A stretch of DNA of 64,000 nt from Octopus sinensis (lineage: Eukaryota), in NCBI RefSeq assembly GCF_006345805.1, contig NC_043011.1, positions 40,808,464 through 40,872,463 of the forward strand. The letters run 5' to 3'. Below the pieces are notes generated by a model. The model did no database searches and was not told the origin of the DNA. It worked only from the letters and a program-made list of their open reading frames with translations. Both the position numbers and the translations under genes were made by a program. Positions 1 to 12,672 of the stretch are shown here, piece by piece. How positions within the stretch are numbered: the stretch's first letter is position 1; each line of letters opens with the position of its first letter.

Positions 1-36
1 TTTTCTTTCTTTTTTCTTACTTAGTTATTTTCTATT

Positions 37-69
<33 letters not shown>

Positions 70-182
70 TATATATATTGATAAAATTGGTAAGACAACA
101 AAAGAATGAAAGAGACCTCAATATTATGTAAATATAGGAATTTATCTGTAAATGTAATATGTGACAATTATTCGGTAGCCAT

Positions 183-243
183 GATAAAACTCCGAGTTTC
201 GGATGCCGGGTTGGAAATCCACGCCGCCATCTCTTCAGTTATC
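183..243 (-). ncRNA. Type I hammerhead ribozyme motif
   Basis: Minus strand: GAUAA-CUGAAGA-[GAUG G CGG...CCG G CAUC]-C-GAAA-CUC G GAG-UU-UUAUC. Stem I 5 bp, long stem II, palindromic stem III, GUU triplet. Confidence 0.65.
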
Positions 244-276
244 CAGCCATCGGAAAAAATGCTATGACAGATTTTC

Positions 277-335
277 ATAACTGAAGAGATGGAGGCGTGG
301 ATTTCCACCCCGGCATCCGAAACTCGGAGTTTTAT
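277..335 (+). ncRNA. Type I hammerhead ribozyme motif (mirror copy)
   Basis: AUAA-CUGAAGA (281-287)...GAAA (319-322)-CUC G GAG-UU-UUAU; predicted cleavage after 331. Confidence 0.55.
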
Positions 336-548
336 CATGGCTACCAAATAATTGTCACATATTACATTTACGGATATATATGTGATTTTGATTTTGATTT
401 TTCCAGTTTCAGCGCATGAGCTGTGGCCATGCTGGGGCACCGCCATGTGTGTGTGTATTTACACATACATATTATTATACACACAAAGCATACATATACA
501 TATATATACACGTGTGTGTTTGCGTGTGAGTGTGTGTGTGTGTGTGTG

Positions 549-870
549 TGAAGGCGTGTGGCTTAGTGGTTAGGGCGTTCGGCTCATGATCGTAAGGTCG
601 TGAGTTCAATTCCCAGCGACGTGTTGTGTCCTTGAGCGGGACACTTTATTTCACGTTGCACCAGTCCACTCAACCGGAAAAAATGAGCAGTACCTGTGTT
701 TCAAAGGGCCGGCCTTGTCACACTTTGCGTCACGCTGAATCTCCCAGAGAATTACGTTAAGGGATACACGTATCTGTGGAGTGCTCTGGCACTTGCACGT
801 TAGTTACACTAGCATGCTGTTCCGTTGATCGTATCAGCTGGGATTCTCGTTGACGTAACCGACGGAGTGC
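549..870 (+). mobile_element. tRNA-derived SINE (type D here)
   Basis: A box (TGGCTTAGTGG) and B box (GAGTTCAATTCC) head followed by a GTGTCCTTGAGC..ACACTT core-like body. Confidence 0.75.
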
Positions 871-1085
871 ACCTATATATATATATATATATATTATATA
901 TACAATATTCGTAGGACTGAGCACTAAAAGTGGACAGTCTATATGCTAGATATAGACGTCAAAATCGCTATTTTCCACGAAGAATGTGTTCTCAAGAAAA
1001 ACTCAGCAACACACACCCCCCCATATATATATGGAGAGAGATTGAGAGAAAAAGGGATCAAATATATATAATACATGAATATATA

Positions 1086-1143
<58 letters not shown>

Positions 1144-1146
<3 letters not shown>

Positions 1147-1762
1147 TGCATAGAGGGCATTATTACACATAAATGCCTCACACTAGTGCAAACTCTTCCC
1201 AGAATTGATGTTTTGTAAAGAACTTGCACGTACAAGTCCTACCAATCGAGAACTCCGCATACCTGAAGCCAGCAAGTGTATGGGGTCATCAGGAGAGAAT
1301 GCGCGCCGTTTCGGGGCCTACCTCTTGATGGCATCAATCTACACCCCACCTCCTACTGATATGAGGCCCCGCTTGCTAGATCAACTGGTTACTCAATTGT
1401 GCCAGTTTAGCGAATTGGAGCAACATTAAAAGAATTGTTTTTCTCAAGAACACAACGCATCGGTCGTTTCAGGAACCGAAACCGCAATCTCACAGTCGCG
1501 AGTGCAATACCGTAACCACTAAGCAACGCATCTCCACTTTGCTAGATACACTTCATCGGAAATAAGCAACAAATATTCATATGAGTTATGAAGTATTTTG
1601 GGCAGCGACATAAGTCATTACTACCAAAATTTCACTAATCGTATTTTTTAAATGTCTTGCTTTGAAAACTGTATTAGGTACGATTAGTGAAATTTTGGTA
1701 GTAATGACTTATGTCCCTCTTAGTGTGAGGCATTTATGTGTAATAATACCCTCTATACAATA
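1144..1762. mobile_element. Fold-back element whose left arm is interrupted by a 428-bp insert
   Basis: 1144-1185 pairs with 1721-1762; 1607-1643 pairs with 1679-1715 (35-bp loop); the right arm is contiguous, the left arm is split by 1183-1610. Confidence 0.6.
1183..1610 (-). repeat. 428-bp inverted duplicate of 6186-6613
   Basis: Apparently identical reverse complement; both copies give the same 74-aa ORF in the track (1205..1429 + and 6367..6591 -). Confidence 0.9.
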
Positions 1763-1883
1763 TTAATTATTTTCAAACGAAAAAAATTATTTTCGAAATT
1801 TTTTTTCTCTTATGAGGTTTTTCACGCTAACTACCTGATAATCTCTTGTTAAGATTCCTTATTAAGAAGTTATCCTTAATTGT

Positions 1884-1933
<50 letters not shown>

Positions 1934-2401
1934 ATATAATATATATATATATATAATATAATTAACAAAACAAACAGAAGTTGCGAAATTAGGAAAGAAA
2001 GAGAAACAGATGCATGAAGAACAAAAGGACATCACATTATTTAAAAATAAAAGATTGATAATTGACAACGATTACTAAAAGCAAATTTCGTAGAAAACAG
2101 CTGACAGTACCCATTTCTTATCGGTGCTTTCGAACAAATCTTTTCGCTTCAGCCATAGTCTTGATCTTACATAAGCTTATTTTCCTACCAACCACAGAAC
2201 GTTAAAAAAAAAAAGAAGCAGAAAACTTCGTTCTTACTTATAAAATCAATAATGTTATATATAAGAGAAAAACTAATAAAAATATGATAAACTAACACCA
2301 AAATATATAAGTACAAGATTATGAGAATACTAAAAAATAAACACAAAAGTCATTGGTGATATTAAATATGTATGGAATAATTTTGTTTTTATATTCTATT
2401 G

Positions 2402-2932
2402 ATGCATGATCTGCTGAAAAAAAGTATCAGGGCCGACGCGATAAACAGAAAACTAGAATAAATATCAATTCGTAATTTAATCTCTTTCGAAGTAGTCTCC
2501 TTCTGAAGCTACATTCTTTATCCATGGTTGTTTACCATTAATGGAAGCATTCCTGGAACTCCTTGTTGAGGATAACGAGCAGCTGTTTCGTCGCATTGTT
2601 TTGGATTTTCTCGACGTCTTGAAATCTTGTTCATATGAAGTGGAATTTGAATTTTGGCCCTGGTTTCATTGACATGGACCCGCTATATTCGTTACCTGTT
2701 ATCACCGTTTTCGAACAGTTTTCGTTTTCCTCGACACAGCCAAAGAGATCCTGTTTAGCTGAAACTCGATCCCACTCTATACGCTTTCTTTCTTAAGGCT
2801 CGACTAAGTGCAGCGGAGGTGAGCAAGAGGATTAAAACTCAAGTGTTCATGCGCGACGGAGTTCAAAATCAATTTGTGCCAAGAGACTTTTACCATAGCA
2901 ACAGTCCCGATATTTTTGATCAGACATCGTGT
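2402..2932. mobile_element. Internally deleted Tc1/mariner element (MITE-like)
   Basis: Degenerate TIRs at about 2402-2435 and 2901-2932 (minus strand TACACGATGTCTGATCAAAAATATCGGGACTG); mariner-like internal sequence. Confidence 0.55.
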
Positions 2933-3219
2933 ATATTTGCGTATAAAGACATCTTAATACGCCTCACGCACTCACACACACGCACATATACATATGTGTG
3001 TGTGTGTGTGTGTGTGTTTAATGCTATTTATTGATGCTATGTTCAGTGCGACAATATCAATCCACAAACGAATTAGTAGTCAGTATGTAAATATCAATTT
3101 TCAACACACATACAAATATACACATACACATGGACACACGTGCACATATACATATACATATACATACACAATACATACATGCATACATACATACATACAT
3201 ACATACATACATACATACA

Positions 3220-3255
<36 letters not shown>

Positions 3256-3551
3256 TATATATACATACAGACATACATACATACATGCACATATATATAT
3301 ATATATATGTGTGTATGTGTGTGTATGTGTGCCAGGATATATATATATATATAAAACACACACACATATATATATATGTATGTATGTATATGTATATATA
3401 CATAAGTGCATATACGTATATATGTATGCGTATATATATATGTCTATATTTGCATATATTTTTAAGCATATATAGGTGTATAATTGTGTATGTGTATGTG
3501 TATTTATATATATATATATATATATAATATATTATATATATATATATAGTC

Positions 3552-3690
3552 CGAATTTACAGACGACAAAAGACGAAGACAGATTTAGAATCAACAAGCA
3601 GGTGTATTAGTTTAACGCTCGGGAGAAAATGAAAAAGACATTTGCGTCTTAATCGTGCGCTCTTCGACATAAACTATTAAGAGCGGAAAA
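3552..3690 (-). mobile_element. Degenerate copy of a short Penelope-like repeat (family of 25700-25905 and 31860-32010)
   Basis: Shared motifs CAAAAGACGAAG, CGCTC(G/A)GGA and GCTCTTCGACA. Confidence 0.45.
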
Positions 3691-4220
3691 AAAGAGAGAG
3701 ACTGAAAAACAGTGAGAGAAAAATGTGGACTGTATATGTGTGTGTTTGTGCTTGTGTGTATGTGTGAATGTATATATGTGTGTATTTCTTCAATGTATCA
3801 AAACTATTAAATTCGCCCTAACATTTCTCTTCAAGTAAAGTTCTGTAACGTTGTTCACATTCTAACTTTGTGTATATATGTATCGTATAATATGCGCTCG
3901 ACATAATTTATGGAGTTCAGCAGTTCAAAATTAGACAATGAATATTCATGACAAAATACGCAAATTATTCTCGGGTTTTCTACTTGTGTGGTGGTAGTTG
4001 GTGATGGTGGTGGTGGTGGTGGTGGTGGCGGTGTAGTATGTTCATGTGAGCATGTGAGCGAAATGCTTCTGTGTACGTGTATGTGGTTGTGTATTCGGAG
4101 CAGATATAATATATGTGTGCATATATGTATTTATTTATGCATGCATGAACATATGTATGATGTATGCCTGAACATATCTATGTATACACACCACACACAC
4201 ACACACACATACACACATAC

Positions 4221-4261
<41 letters not shown>

Positions 4262-4374
4262 TATATATACACGCACATACATACATGCACATATATATAT
4301 GTGTGTGTGTATCTATATGCGTTTACATATAATGTATATATATATATATGTGAGTATATATATATATGTATATG

Positions 4375-4405
<31 letters not shown>

Positions 4406-5017
4406 AACACCCATATATGTATCTCTCTATGTGTGTATTTGTTACTGATTACAATGTCTTGTTTTATTAGTAACGATTAATGGAAGTTTAATTATGCAAA
4501 ATTGATCGTCGGCTAAAACTTATCCTAAATGGCTTTAGATTCTAACAAAGAGATTGTCACATAAAATCAAATTTGTAAATTACTTCTCTTTCCTTTCTTT
4601 GGGTTTTATTCACATTTTCTTCTCCCTCCTTTTCCCTTCTTCTAATTCTACCTCCACTTTGTCCGTCTCTCTCCTCCTCCCTCTCTCTCCCTCTCTCTGG
4701 TTATATCTCCCCTTTAATTTTGTAGCATACAGATGCACATAGTTGCACAAACACACAGAGATACACAGCATGTCCTCATGTGTTCATGCATGTGTACATG
4801 CACCATATATGTAAGTATGCCTCTTCTATTTTTTTAATTATTATAAATCTTCCACTGAGGAGGGAGTCGGTTTCCAACAAAGATACGAAACTCCATATCT
4901 GCGATGTAGCTAACACAAACAAATTCACATTTGGAACTTCAGAAAAGTTTTGCATATTTTTACTGTTCCACTCACAGACTACACTTGTAATGTACGAATT
5001 AGCCGGTCGATTTCTCT

Positions 5018-5365
5018 TTATGAAAATCCCAGTTTATCCAGATTCTCGTTTAAACATTTACTAACAAAACCTAGTACTCCAATTAATATTGGTATGAATA
5101 TGAATTCATAGTCTGGATATAGAGGCTGGAGGTTTCGAAGTAGTTGTCCAGAGATATCCTCTTTTTCTTTGATTTTCAAAGAGATATTTATATCTGCAGA
5201 GCAGCTGAGCTCTATGGCGGTACATACCTTTGCCCCACTGTTCCAAACAACAATATCCGGCCTGTTATGTTTACATTTGGCAGATGTTTTGATGAGAATA
5301 TTCCACCAGTATTCCTTGAGTTGGTGTTTATGAATGTATTCCATAACAGAGGGATTTTCTAAGCT
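5018..5365 (-). pseudogene. Restriction-like endonuclease fragment of an R4/Dong-related non-LTR retrotransposon
   Basis: ORF 5018..5344: HNRPDIVVWN...IELSCSADINISLKIKEKE...IPILIGVLG, a PD-(D/E)xK RLE signature. Confidence 0.75.
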
Positions 5366-5688
5366 TATGTATGTATGTATGTATGTATGTATGTATGTAT
5401 GTATGTATGTATGTATGTATGTATGTATGTACGTATGTATGTATGTATGTATGTATGTATGTATGTATGTATCTATCTATCTATCTTTCCATTTCTCTTT
5501 CTCTTTCTCTCTGTATATATATATTATATATATACATACACGTGTGTGTATTAATATGTGTGGTGCCATATGTATTTTAACTATATATACATATTCATAT
5601 ATCCGTTTATATATGCATGTATGTAAAATTCAATGCAAATGCGATGTGAATGTTTCTGTGTGTTACATACATAATACATATATATATT

Positions 5689-5737
<49 letters not shown>

Positions 5738-6185
5738 TTATATATATATATATATATGTATACGCATATGTATATCTGTGTGAGTGTTGAATTATGTTTG
5801 TGTGTGTATGTATCTCAGTAAACACGTTTAATCTTAGAGAACGCACGCGATCCCTGAATTAAAACTTAGTCATCTGTTCGAAGCTGATGATTCCCTCCAT
5901 AATTCTTGCTTTTCTGCGTTTGAATAATACTTATCGGCTCTAGCGCATACAGAAGAAGACATTGCCCCCCACCACACCCCGAGGGAGGGGGCGATACCAC
6001 ACACTTTGAAATGTACTGTTATATCAAAAGTTATTATTTTATTGTAAAGTATAGAAGCCATCTTATCATGGCTAACCACATAGGGGAGGGGATGTTACTG
6101 TAGCTTTAAAGCCCCAAGAGATCGTCGTCTCTAGCTGGCTTTAGACACCATATTATTTTATTGTTTTACCGTATAGACTTAATAC

Positions 6186-6613
6186 TGTCGCTGCCCAAAA
6201 TACTTCATAACTCATATGAATATTTGTTGCTTATTTCCGATGAAGTGTATCTAGCAAAGTGGAGATGCGTTGCTTAGTGGTTACGGTATTGCACTCGCGA
6301 CTGTGAGATTGCGGTTTCGGTTCCTGAAACGACCGATGCGTTGTGTTCTTGAGAAAAACAATTCTTTTAATGTTGCTCCAATTCGCTAAACTGGCACAAT
6401 TGAGTAACCAGTTGATCTAGCAAGCGGGGCCTCATATCAGTAGGAGGTGGGGTGTAGATTGATGCCATCAAGAGGTAGGCCCCGAAACGGCGCGCATTCT
6501 CTCCTGATGACCCCATACACTTGCTGGCTTCAGGTATGCGGAGTTCTCGATTGGTAGGACTTGTACGTGCAAGTTCTTTACAAAACATCAATTCTGGGAA
6601 GAGTTTGCACTAG
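6186..6613 (+). repeat. Source copy of the 428-bp segment; contains an old tRNA-SINE at about 6261-6420
   Basis: Reverse complement of 1183-1610; SINE head with A box TAGTGGTTA, degenerate B box GGTTTCGGTTCC and GTTCTTGAG body. Confidence 0.85.
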
Positions 6614-7265
6614 CCCAACAACAAAAGAAAACAAGAACACATAATGCTGCCCACAACTCAGTAACACGGAGGTGTAGCAGGTGATGCAGTTGAAATTTGC
6701 CTGAATCTATCAAACGTTGAATAATAGAGCGGGATGGGCTACTGAACCGGAAGAAAATTCTAACTGGGCCCCACCTGCAAAGTCATGCTCTCTTTATCAT
6801 GATATAGGATTACCTTGTTGTGCACATATGGTTGTGATGCATGTGCCCAGTCTTGAGTGGGTGAATATATAGACCACAGAATCCCAGAAACCGGCTTTAT
6901 AAGTCTATGGTAGGCACGTACCTCTGATATTTTTTCCAGTACGAAATTCACTATGTTGTGCTCCATGGACGGAGTGGTTTCGTGTCATATTCCTCATCAT
7001 CATGTATTGTATGCTCCTGCAGAGTGCTGACGACACTACAACGGAAGTATTCCTGTTTAAGCGTGAGTTCTTTCATCAGAAGAAGCCATAGCGTTACTTC
7101 GTTCTAACTTTCTCAGTGTGTTTTCTTAGCAGAGATATTGGCGTGGTTTGCCATTGCCTTCCGCAACTGGATGGCCATTAGCCCACAACGAGCTCATCAG
7201 TCCTTTGACAGATCTTGTTTCTAGCCTCTCACAAGCGTAGCAAGCTAATTAAGTATAGGAGCCGT

Positions 7266-7553
7266 GAGGAGTCGGTTTAGGCACCGTAGGGAGCCGGTTT
7301 AGCCACCGTGGCAAGCCGGTTTAGCCGCCGTAAGGAGTCGGTTTAGCCACTGTTGGGAGCCGGTTTAGCCACCGTTGAGAGCCGGTTTAGCCACCGTAAG
7401 GAGCCGGTTGAGCTACTGTGAGGTATCCGTTTAGCTACCATGGAGTGCCAGTTTAACTACCATGGTGGGGTGCGGTTTGGCCGTCGTGGGGAAACGGTTT
7501 AGTCACCGTGGAAAGCTGACTTAGCCACCACAGGGAGCCGGTTTATCCACCGT
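7266..7553. repeat. GC-rich 22-bp minisatellite, about 13 diverged units
   Basis: Consensus approximately AGGGAGCCGGTTTAGCCACCGT in tandem with no spacers. Confidence 0.9.
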
Positions 7554-8502
7554 CTATGAAACAGGTAGTACTGGTTTACCTGGTACCAGTAGTAGGTCTC
7601 ATTAACCTGTGATCAGATCTCTGACCTGATAGAACGTTTCTTATTGCTGATTAATAAAATCGACCTCGTTTGAATCTTACGACTAATAGAGCTCAGTTGT
7701 TCGATTAACCCGGTGAATTATGTAAATGGTTGAGTATTCCACAGAAGTTATACCAATATAGAATTCAAATACACTCTACACAATGTGATTAGACTGGGCC
7801 TTTGAATTACAAGCACAAATTCTCCGAGAGGCTTCAACACAGTTTCAATCTATATATATTCGAATTTTAACTTTTAAAACAGTTTTTAATGTAATATTCT
7901 AAGCTCCAACGCTTGGGCTGGCATTTGCTCAAGACACCACTCAGCAGAATAGAAACCGGGACCTCATTATTACTGCTTTAAATGCGTATATTGATTTATT
8001 GTATATGGGTCAGCTGTCACACAAATCAAGAAATATTTTGTTTACTGAGTTCTCTATCGGAGCAGATATTGTCTTGCTTAGGTCGGTAGGTTCGTGAATG
8101 CTCGTCACTAAAGAGATCAAATTAATTCGAAACAGCGTGTCCAAAGATCAGCGGGTGATATTATGAGCGAGCTCTGAGGGTATTGTTTTTATCACACAAG
8201 TCTCTTTAAGAGAACATTACAACTTGTGATTTCACGTCCGCATACCAATTATCGATGTTATATTCTCCAAGGGCTTTTTTTTACCGAAGTTCGTTTTGCA
8301 CGTGCCTGCATGGCACCAGTTCAATGACCGAAACTAATAAATGTTTTGAAAAATATATTGTATCATCATGGGTAAATTGTCTTTGCTAATAAGCGGATTG
8401 CTCAGTTGATCTTCTATATGTGTGTATGTTTATGTGTGTGTATAAAAACAAGTTAAATATGATTATTCTAACACACACACACACACACACAACACACACA
8501 CA

Positions 8503-8609
<107 letters not shown>

Positions 8610-8994
8610 AACCACTGTTTCTGTCGGTCTCTATCTCTCTGAGTCACTCTGTCCGTTTGTCTGCTTCTGTCACTGTCTCTCACTCCTTTTTCTCTCCCTT
8701 CTCTCACTCTCTCTCTCTCTTTCTCCCTCCCCTACACTCTGTCTCTCTTTCTCTCTCCCTTTCTTCCACTCTTCCCCCATCTCTGTCTCTCTACATTTCC
8801 TTAATCGTTTTACGAAGATTTCATTTAAACTGCCTTGGAAGAATTACGCAGTTGTCAAATTGACACCCAAATTCAATCTACATTTCCTATTTCTGAAAAT
8901 GAATAGAAGTCAAAATGATAAAAATATATACAGATGTAAAATACCAATCATTTCAGACGTCAATTTAAAATCACAAATTATGCTTCTTAGCCAC

Positions 8995-9045
<51 letters not shown>

Positions 9046-9082
9046 TGATGATGATGTGATGATGATGATGATGATGATGATA

Positions 9083-9135
<53 letters not shown>

Positions 9136-9161
9136 ATAATAATAATAATAATAATAATAAT

Positions 9162-9601
9162 ATGATATGACTGTTCCAATCGATATAAACGTATCTCTCA
9201 AGATCTACCAGAAACTGAGCAAATATAAAGATCTGGAAATAAAAATCAGCAAAATGTGGAACCTGATGACTAAAACAATACCTTTTGTCATAGGTGCCAT
9301 GGGAATGATAGCAAAAGGGGCTGATTGCTACCTAACTCAGATACCAGGCAGAAATTCTAAAGATAGTGCTCATGGGAACTGCTCAAATACTACGCAAAAT
9401 ACTTTCTATATAATCCCAAGTTTTAAAACAAACATAATTTTCGTATGGTGTTTTAGCCATTCACGAGTACAACACTAAGTACAAAATCAAATATATGGCA
9501 CCCTAGGTATAACACCAACACGAACTTCCAACTTGTTGCCTCTTGAGGTCCTCTGGGTGAGACTTGGAGCCAACTTGTACAAATGTAAAGCAAAGTCAAA
9601 C

Positions 9602-9603
<2 letters not shown>
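9162..9603 (+). pseudogene. 5'-truncated R4/Dong-like LINE 3' end (RLE C-terminus plus 3' UTR)
   Basis: MTVPIDINVSLKIYQKLSKYKDLEIKISKMWNL...IPFVIGAMG; flanked by (TAA)n on both sides. Confidence 0.8.
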
Positions 9604-9636
<33 letters not shown>

Positions 9637-10282
9637 TATAATAATAATAATAATAATAATGATGATGATGATTTGAACATGATAGGCACTGCACACATCC
9701 GATCCTAAAACACTTTCAATACAATATAATAACACATCTCACAACAAATCACTCAAAGCGCCCACAGAGCTCCCTCGGTATAACAGTGAAAGCATGATAA
9801 AAAAGACTACGAATAATAATAATACATAGATAATAATAATAATAATAATCATAATTAATATAAGAATAATAATAATAATAATAATAATAAGAATAAGAAT
9901 ATTAATAATAATAATAATAATATAATAATAATAATAAAAGAATAAAATATAAGAAGAAGAAGAAAAGAAGAAGAAGAATGATGATGATGATGATGATGAT
10001 AAATACTTTGATGCAGTACCAGACGGTGGTTCTTATGATTTCAGCCCTTAACCGATTGCAAGTGTTATCTTGTAGTACATTGTGTTGTCTTGGTATGAAA
10101 GATGCGTTACAGCAAATATTCTGATATGAGATCACCATGGCGCGCACATTTGGTTCTAATGCAAGGGCCTAGTGTACCTTTATCAGACGAGTAGTCATGA
10201 TGGGTATACTGGGCATCGTATATTTTACTCCAGTGTCACTTTGATGGCATGCACTGCTCTCTCACTCAATAATAACAATAGC

Positions 10283-10379
<97 letters not shown>

Positions 10380-11741
10380 TCAACAACACTAATAAATAAA
10401 CAGCCAGTAGAATCGATTTGTTCGAATCTCACATATAAACGGTTCCGCAATACCTTTATGAAAACGATGCTTCTTCTGTTCTAAATAGCATTCTCAGCGT
10501 TTTAACGAAATCACATCAAACGATCTCAAAAGGTGGCAACACAATAATCGTTGCAAATGAAAAATTATAGACTCTGAAAGCGATATTCCACACTTCGCAA
10601 ATCAAACGTCAACACGTTCGCTAGGAAACAGTAGCAGCAGTACTACTACTACTACTACTACTAGTAGTAGTAGTAGTAAGTAGTTTGTGATTGTAGTTAT
10701 TGTTGTTGCTGCTTCTGTTTAGCTCCGAGTTAGACGCGATTGAGCTGATATCTCATCAAAGGCGATATACACTCGTGGATATCGCATCGTATTTATTTTG
10801 GCTTGTTTTGTTTTTTTTCTTTTTTGTGCATAAACGTAAATATATTGTCGAATGTGTCTTTCTTTTTTCTTTCAATAATGGTAGTGTACGATGTGATGAA
10901 GTGTAACCGCATGAAACCATTGGTAGCACTGTTAATCCACAATTAAAAAAGTATGCGTATGTGCGTGTGTTTGTGTGTGTGTGTGTGTGTGCATGTGTGT
11001 GTGTGCATGTGTGTGTGTGTGCATGTGCGTGTGTATGTTCGTGTGTGTTTGTCGGTGTGGTCTGTGTCTGTGTGAGTGTGTATGTGTGAGTGTCTGTGTG
11101 CGTAAGTGTGTGTGATGTGTCTGTTTATGTGTTTGTGAGTGTGTGTTTGTGTGCGTGAGTACTTGTGTGTCCGTGAGTGTCTCTGTGTGTATGTGTGTGA
11201 TGTGTCTCTTTGTGTCTGTGTGTATTCGTGTATGTGAGAGTGCTTCTGTGTTTGTATGTTGGTGCGTCTGTGTATGTGTGTTTGTTTCTGTATGTGTGTA
11301 TGTCTGTGTGTGTATTTGTGTGTGCGCGTGTGTATGTGTCTATTTGCGTCTGTATGTGTGTCTGTGTGCATGTGTGAGTCTTTGTGTTGGTGTATGTGAG
11401 TGTCAGTGTGTGCGAGTGTGTGTGTGTGTGTGTTGTGTCTGTGTGCGTGCGTGCGTGTGTGTGTGTGTATGTGTGTGTGAAGGCGCATGACTTCATTATT
11501 ACAATGTTTGTGCTCGCGATTACAAGATAATAGTTTCGAATACCATACCATCGCCAAGTCGTAGTCTTGAGCAAAATATTTCAATTCCTATTGCACCAGT
11601 CTGTTCAGTGGGGTTTTAGCCTGCCCGTTCGCCCAGCCAGAAGGATAGCACTATACAAAAGCTACAACAACTCGAAGGAGCGCATTGTGTCCAGTAAGGT
11701 ATGACAACAAATGACAATTTGGCTGATACAGCGGTACAGGG

Positions 11742-11775
<34 letters not shown>

Positions 11776-11861
11776 AAATATATAACATAATTAAATCTCA
11801 GAATGAGATTGAAACAGTAATCGCTCGATAATATATATATATATACTATATATATATATAG

Positions 11862-11892
<31 letters not shown>

Positions 11893-11902
11893 ATATATAT
11901 AT

Positions 11903-12040
11903 CGGAGACCCCCTTCGGTCATGAATGACCATGGGATTGCACCTACAAAGATCCCCTCTTAAGCACAAGTCCGGGCAAGGTTGTTTATGGAAGACTAGCA
12001 GTCGCCCGTGCATACCAGCCTCCCTTCTCCACGCCACCGA
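11903..12040 (-). mobile_element. 3' half of a SINE or RTE-related repeat
   Basis: GC-rich block GGAGACCCCCTTCGGTCATGAATGACCATGGGATTGCACC...CTCCACGCCACCGA recognised from memory as an interspersed repeat tail; family assignment uncertain. Confidence 0.45.
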
Positions 12041-12334
12041 AGTACTCTAGCGTCCTTTTACAATACAGTTGAGACTAATGATGTTTTGCTAGTTGCAGCA
12101 CTTCTTCATCAGTTGTATGTTTTATCCAAGATATTCTTAACATTCTTCTATATATCCACATTTCAAAAGCTTCTAGTTTGTCTCATTACGTTTTCGGCAA
12201 TGTTCATAATTCTGTATCATATAATAATATTGGCTATATGTAACATTTACGCAGCCCTTTTCTTGTTTCTGCATATAAATTCTTTGATGTTAAAGCTTCT
12301 GACATATTTTCAAAAAATTCCTTGCAATTGCACC

Positions 12335-12672
12335 TTGGGTAAGTGTTTTCTACTATAGACTCGGGGCGACCAAAGCCTTGTGAGTGGATCTGGTAGACAG
12401 AAACGGAAACTGAAAGAAGCCCGTCGTATATACGTATATATGTATGTGTGTGTGTATGTTTGTGTGTCTGTGTTTGTCCCCCCCCCAATATCGCTTGACA
12501 ACAGGTGCTGCTGTGTCTACGTCCCCGTAACTTAGCGGTTCGGCAAAAGAGACCGATAGAATAAATACTAGGCTCACAAAGCATAAGTCCTGGGATCGAT
12601 GTGCCCGACTAAAGTCGGTGCTCCAGCATGGCCACAGTCAAATGCCTGAAGCAAGTAAAAGAGTAAAAGAGT
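12335..12672 (+). mobile_element. tRNA-SINE type B (bipartite, internal TA/TG microsatellite), 5' truncated
   Basis: CACCTTGGGTAAGTGTTTTCTACTATAG...GAAACTGAAAGAAGCCCGTCG, then (TA/TG)n, then ...CCAGCATGGCCACAGTC...(GTAAAAGA)n tail. Confidence 0.85.

Larger units (their letters stand above)
143..376. mobile_element. Fold-back element (about 100-bp inverted arms, 34-bp loop), probable inverted pseudo-LTR of a Penelope-like element
   Basis: 143-242 is the reverse complement of 277-376 with about 4 mismatches; each arm carries a hammerhead motif. Confidence 0.65.

Noticed and set aside
1205-1429. 74-aa ORF present twice, suggesting a duplicated gene
   Set aside because: It is a by-product of the 428-bp duplication, overlaps an old SINE, begins at TTG and has no recognisable motif.
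6478-6515. GAAAC followed by CUGAUGA (type II hammerhead order)
   Set aside because: Stem II strands are both C-rich and cannot pair; no stem III.
7030-7085. Minus-strand CUGAUGA hammerhead candidate
   Set aside because: G12 is absent and no stem I pairing can be formed.
7266-7553. CRISPR-like array
   Set aside because: Units are directly adjacent with no unique spacers, there are no cas genes, and the context is eukaryotic.
8108-8146. CUAAAGA...GAAACAGCGUGUC motif
   Set aside because: Stem III and GUC are present but G5 is mutated and stem I does not pair.
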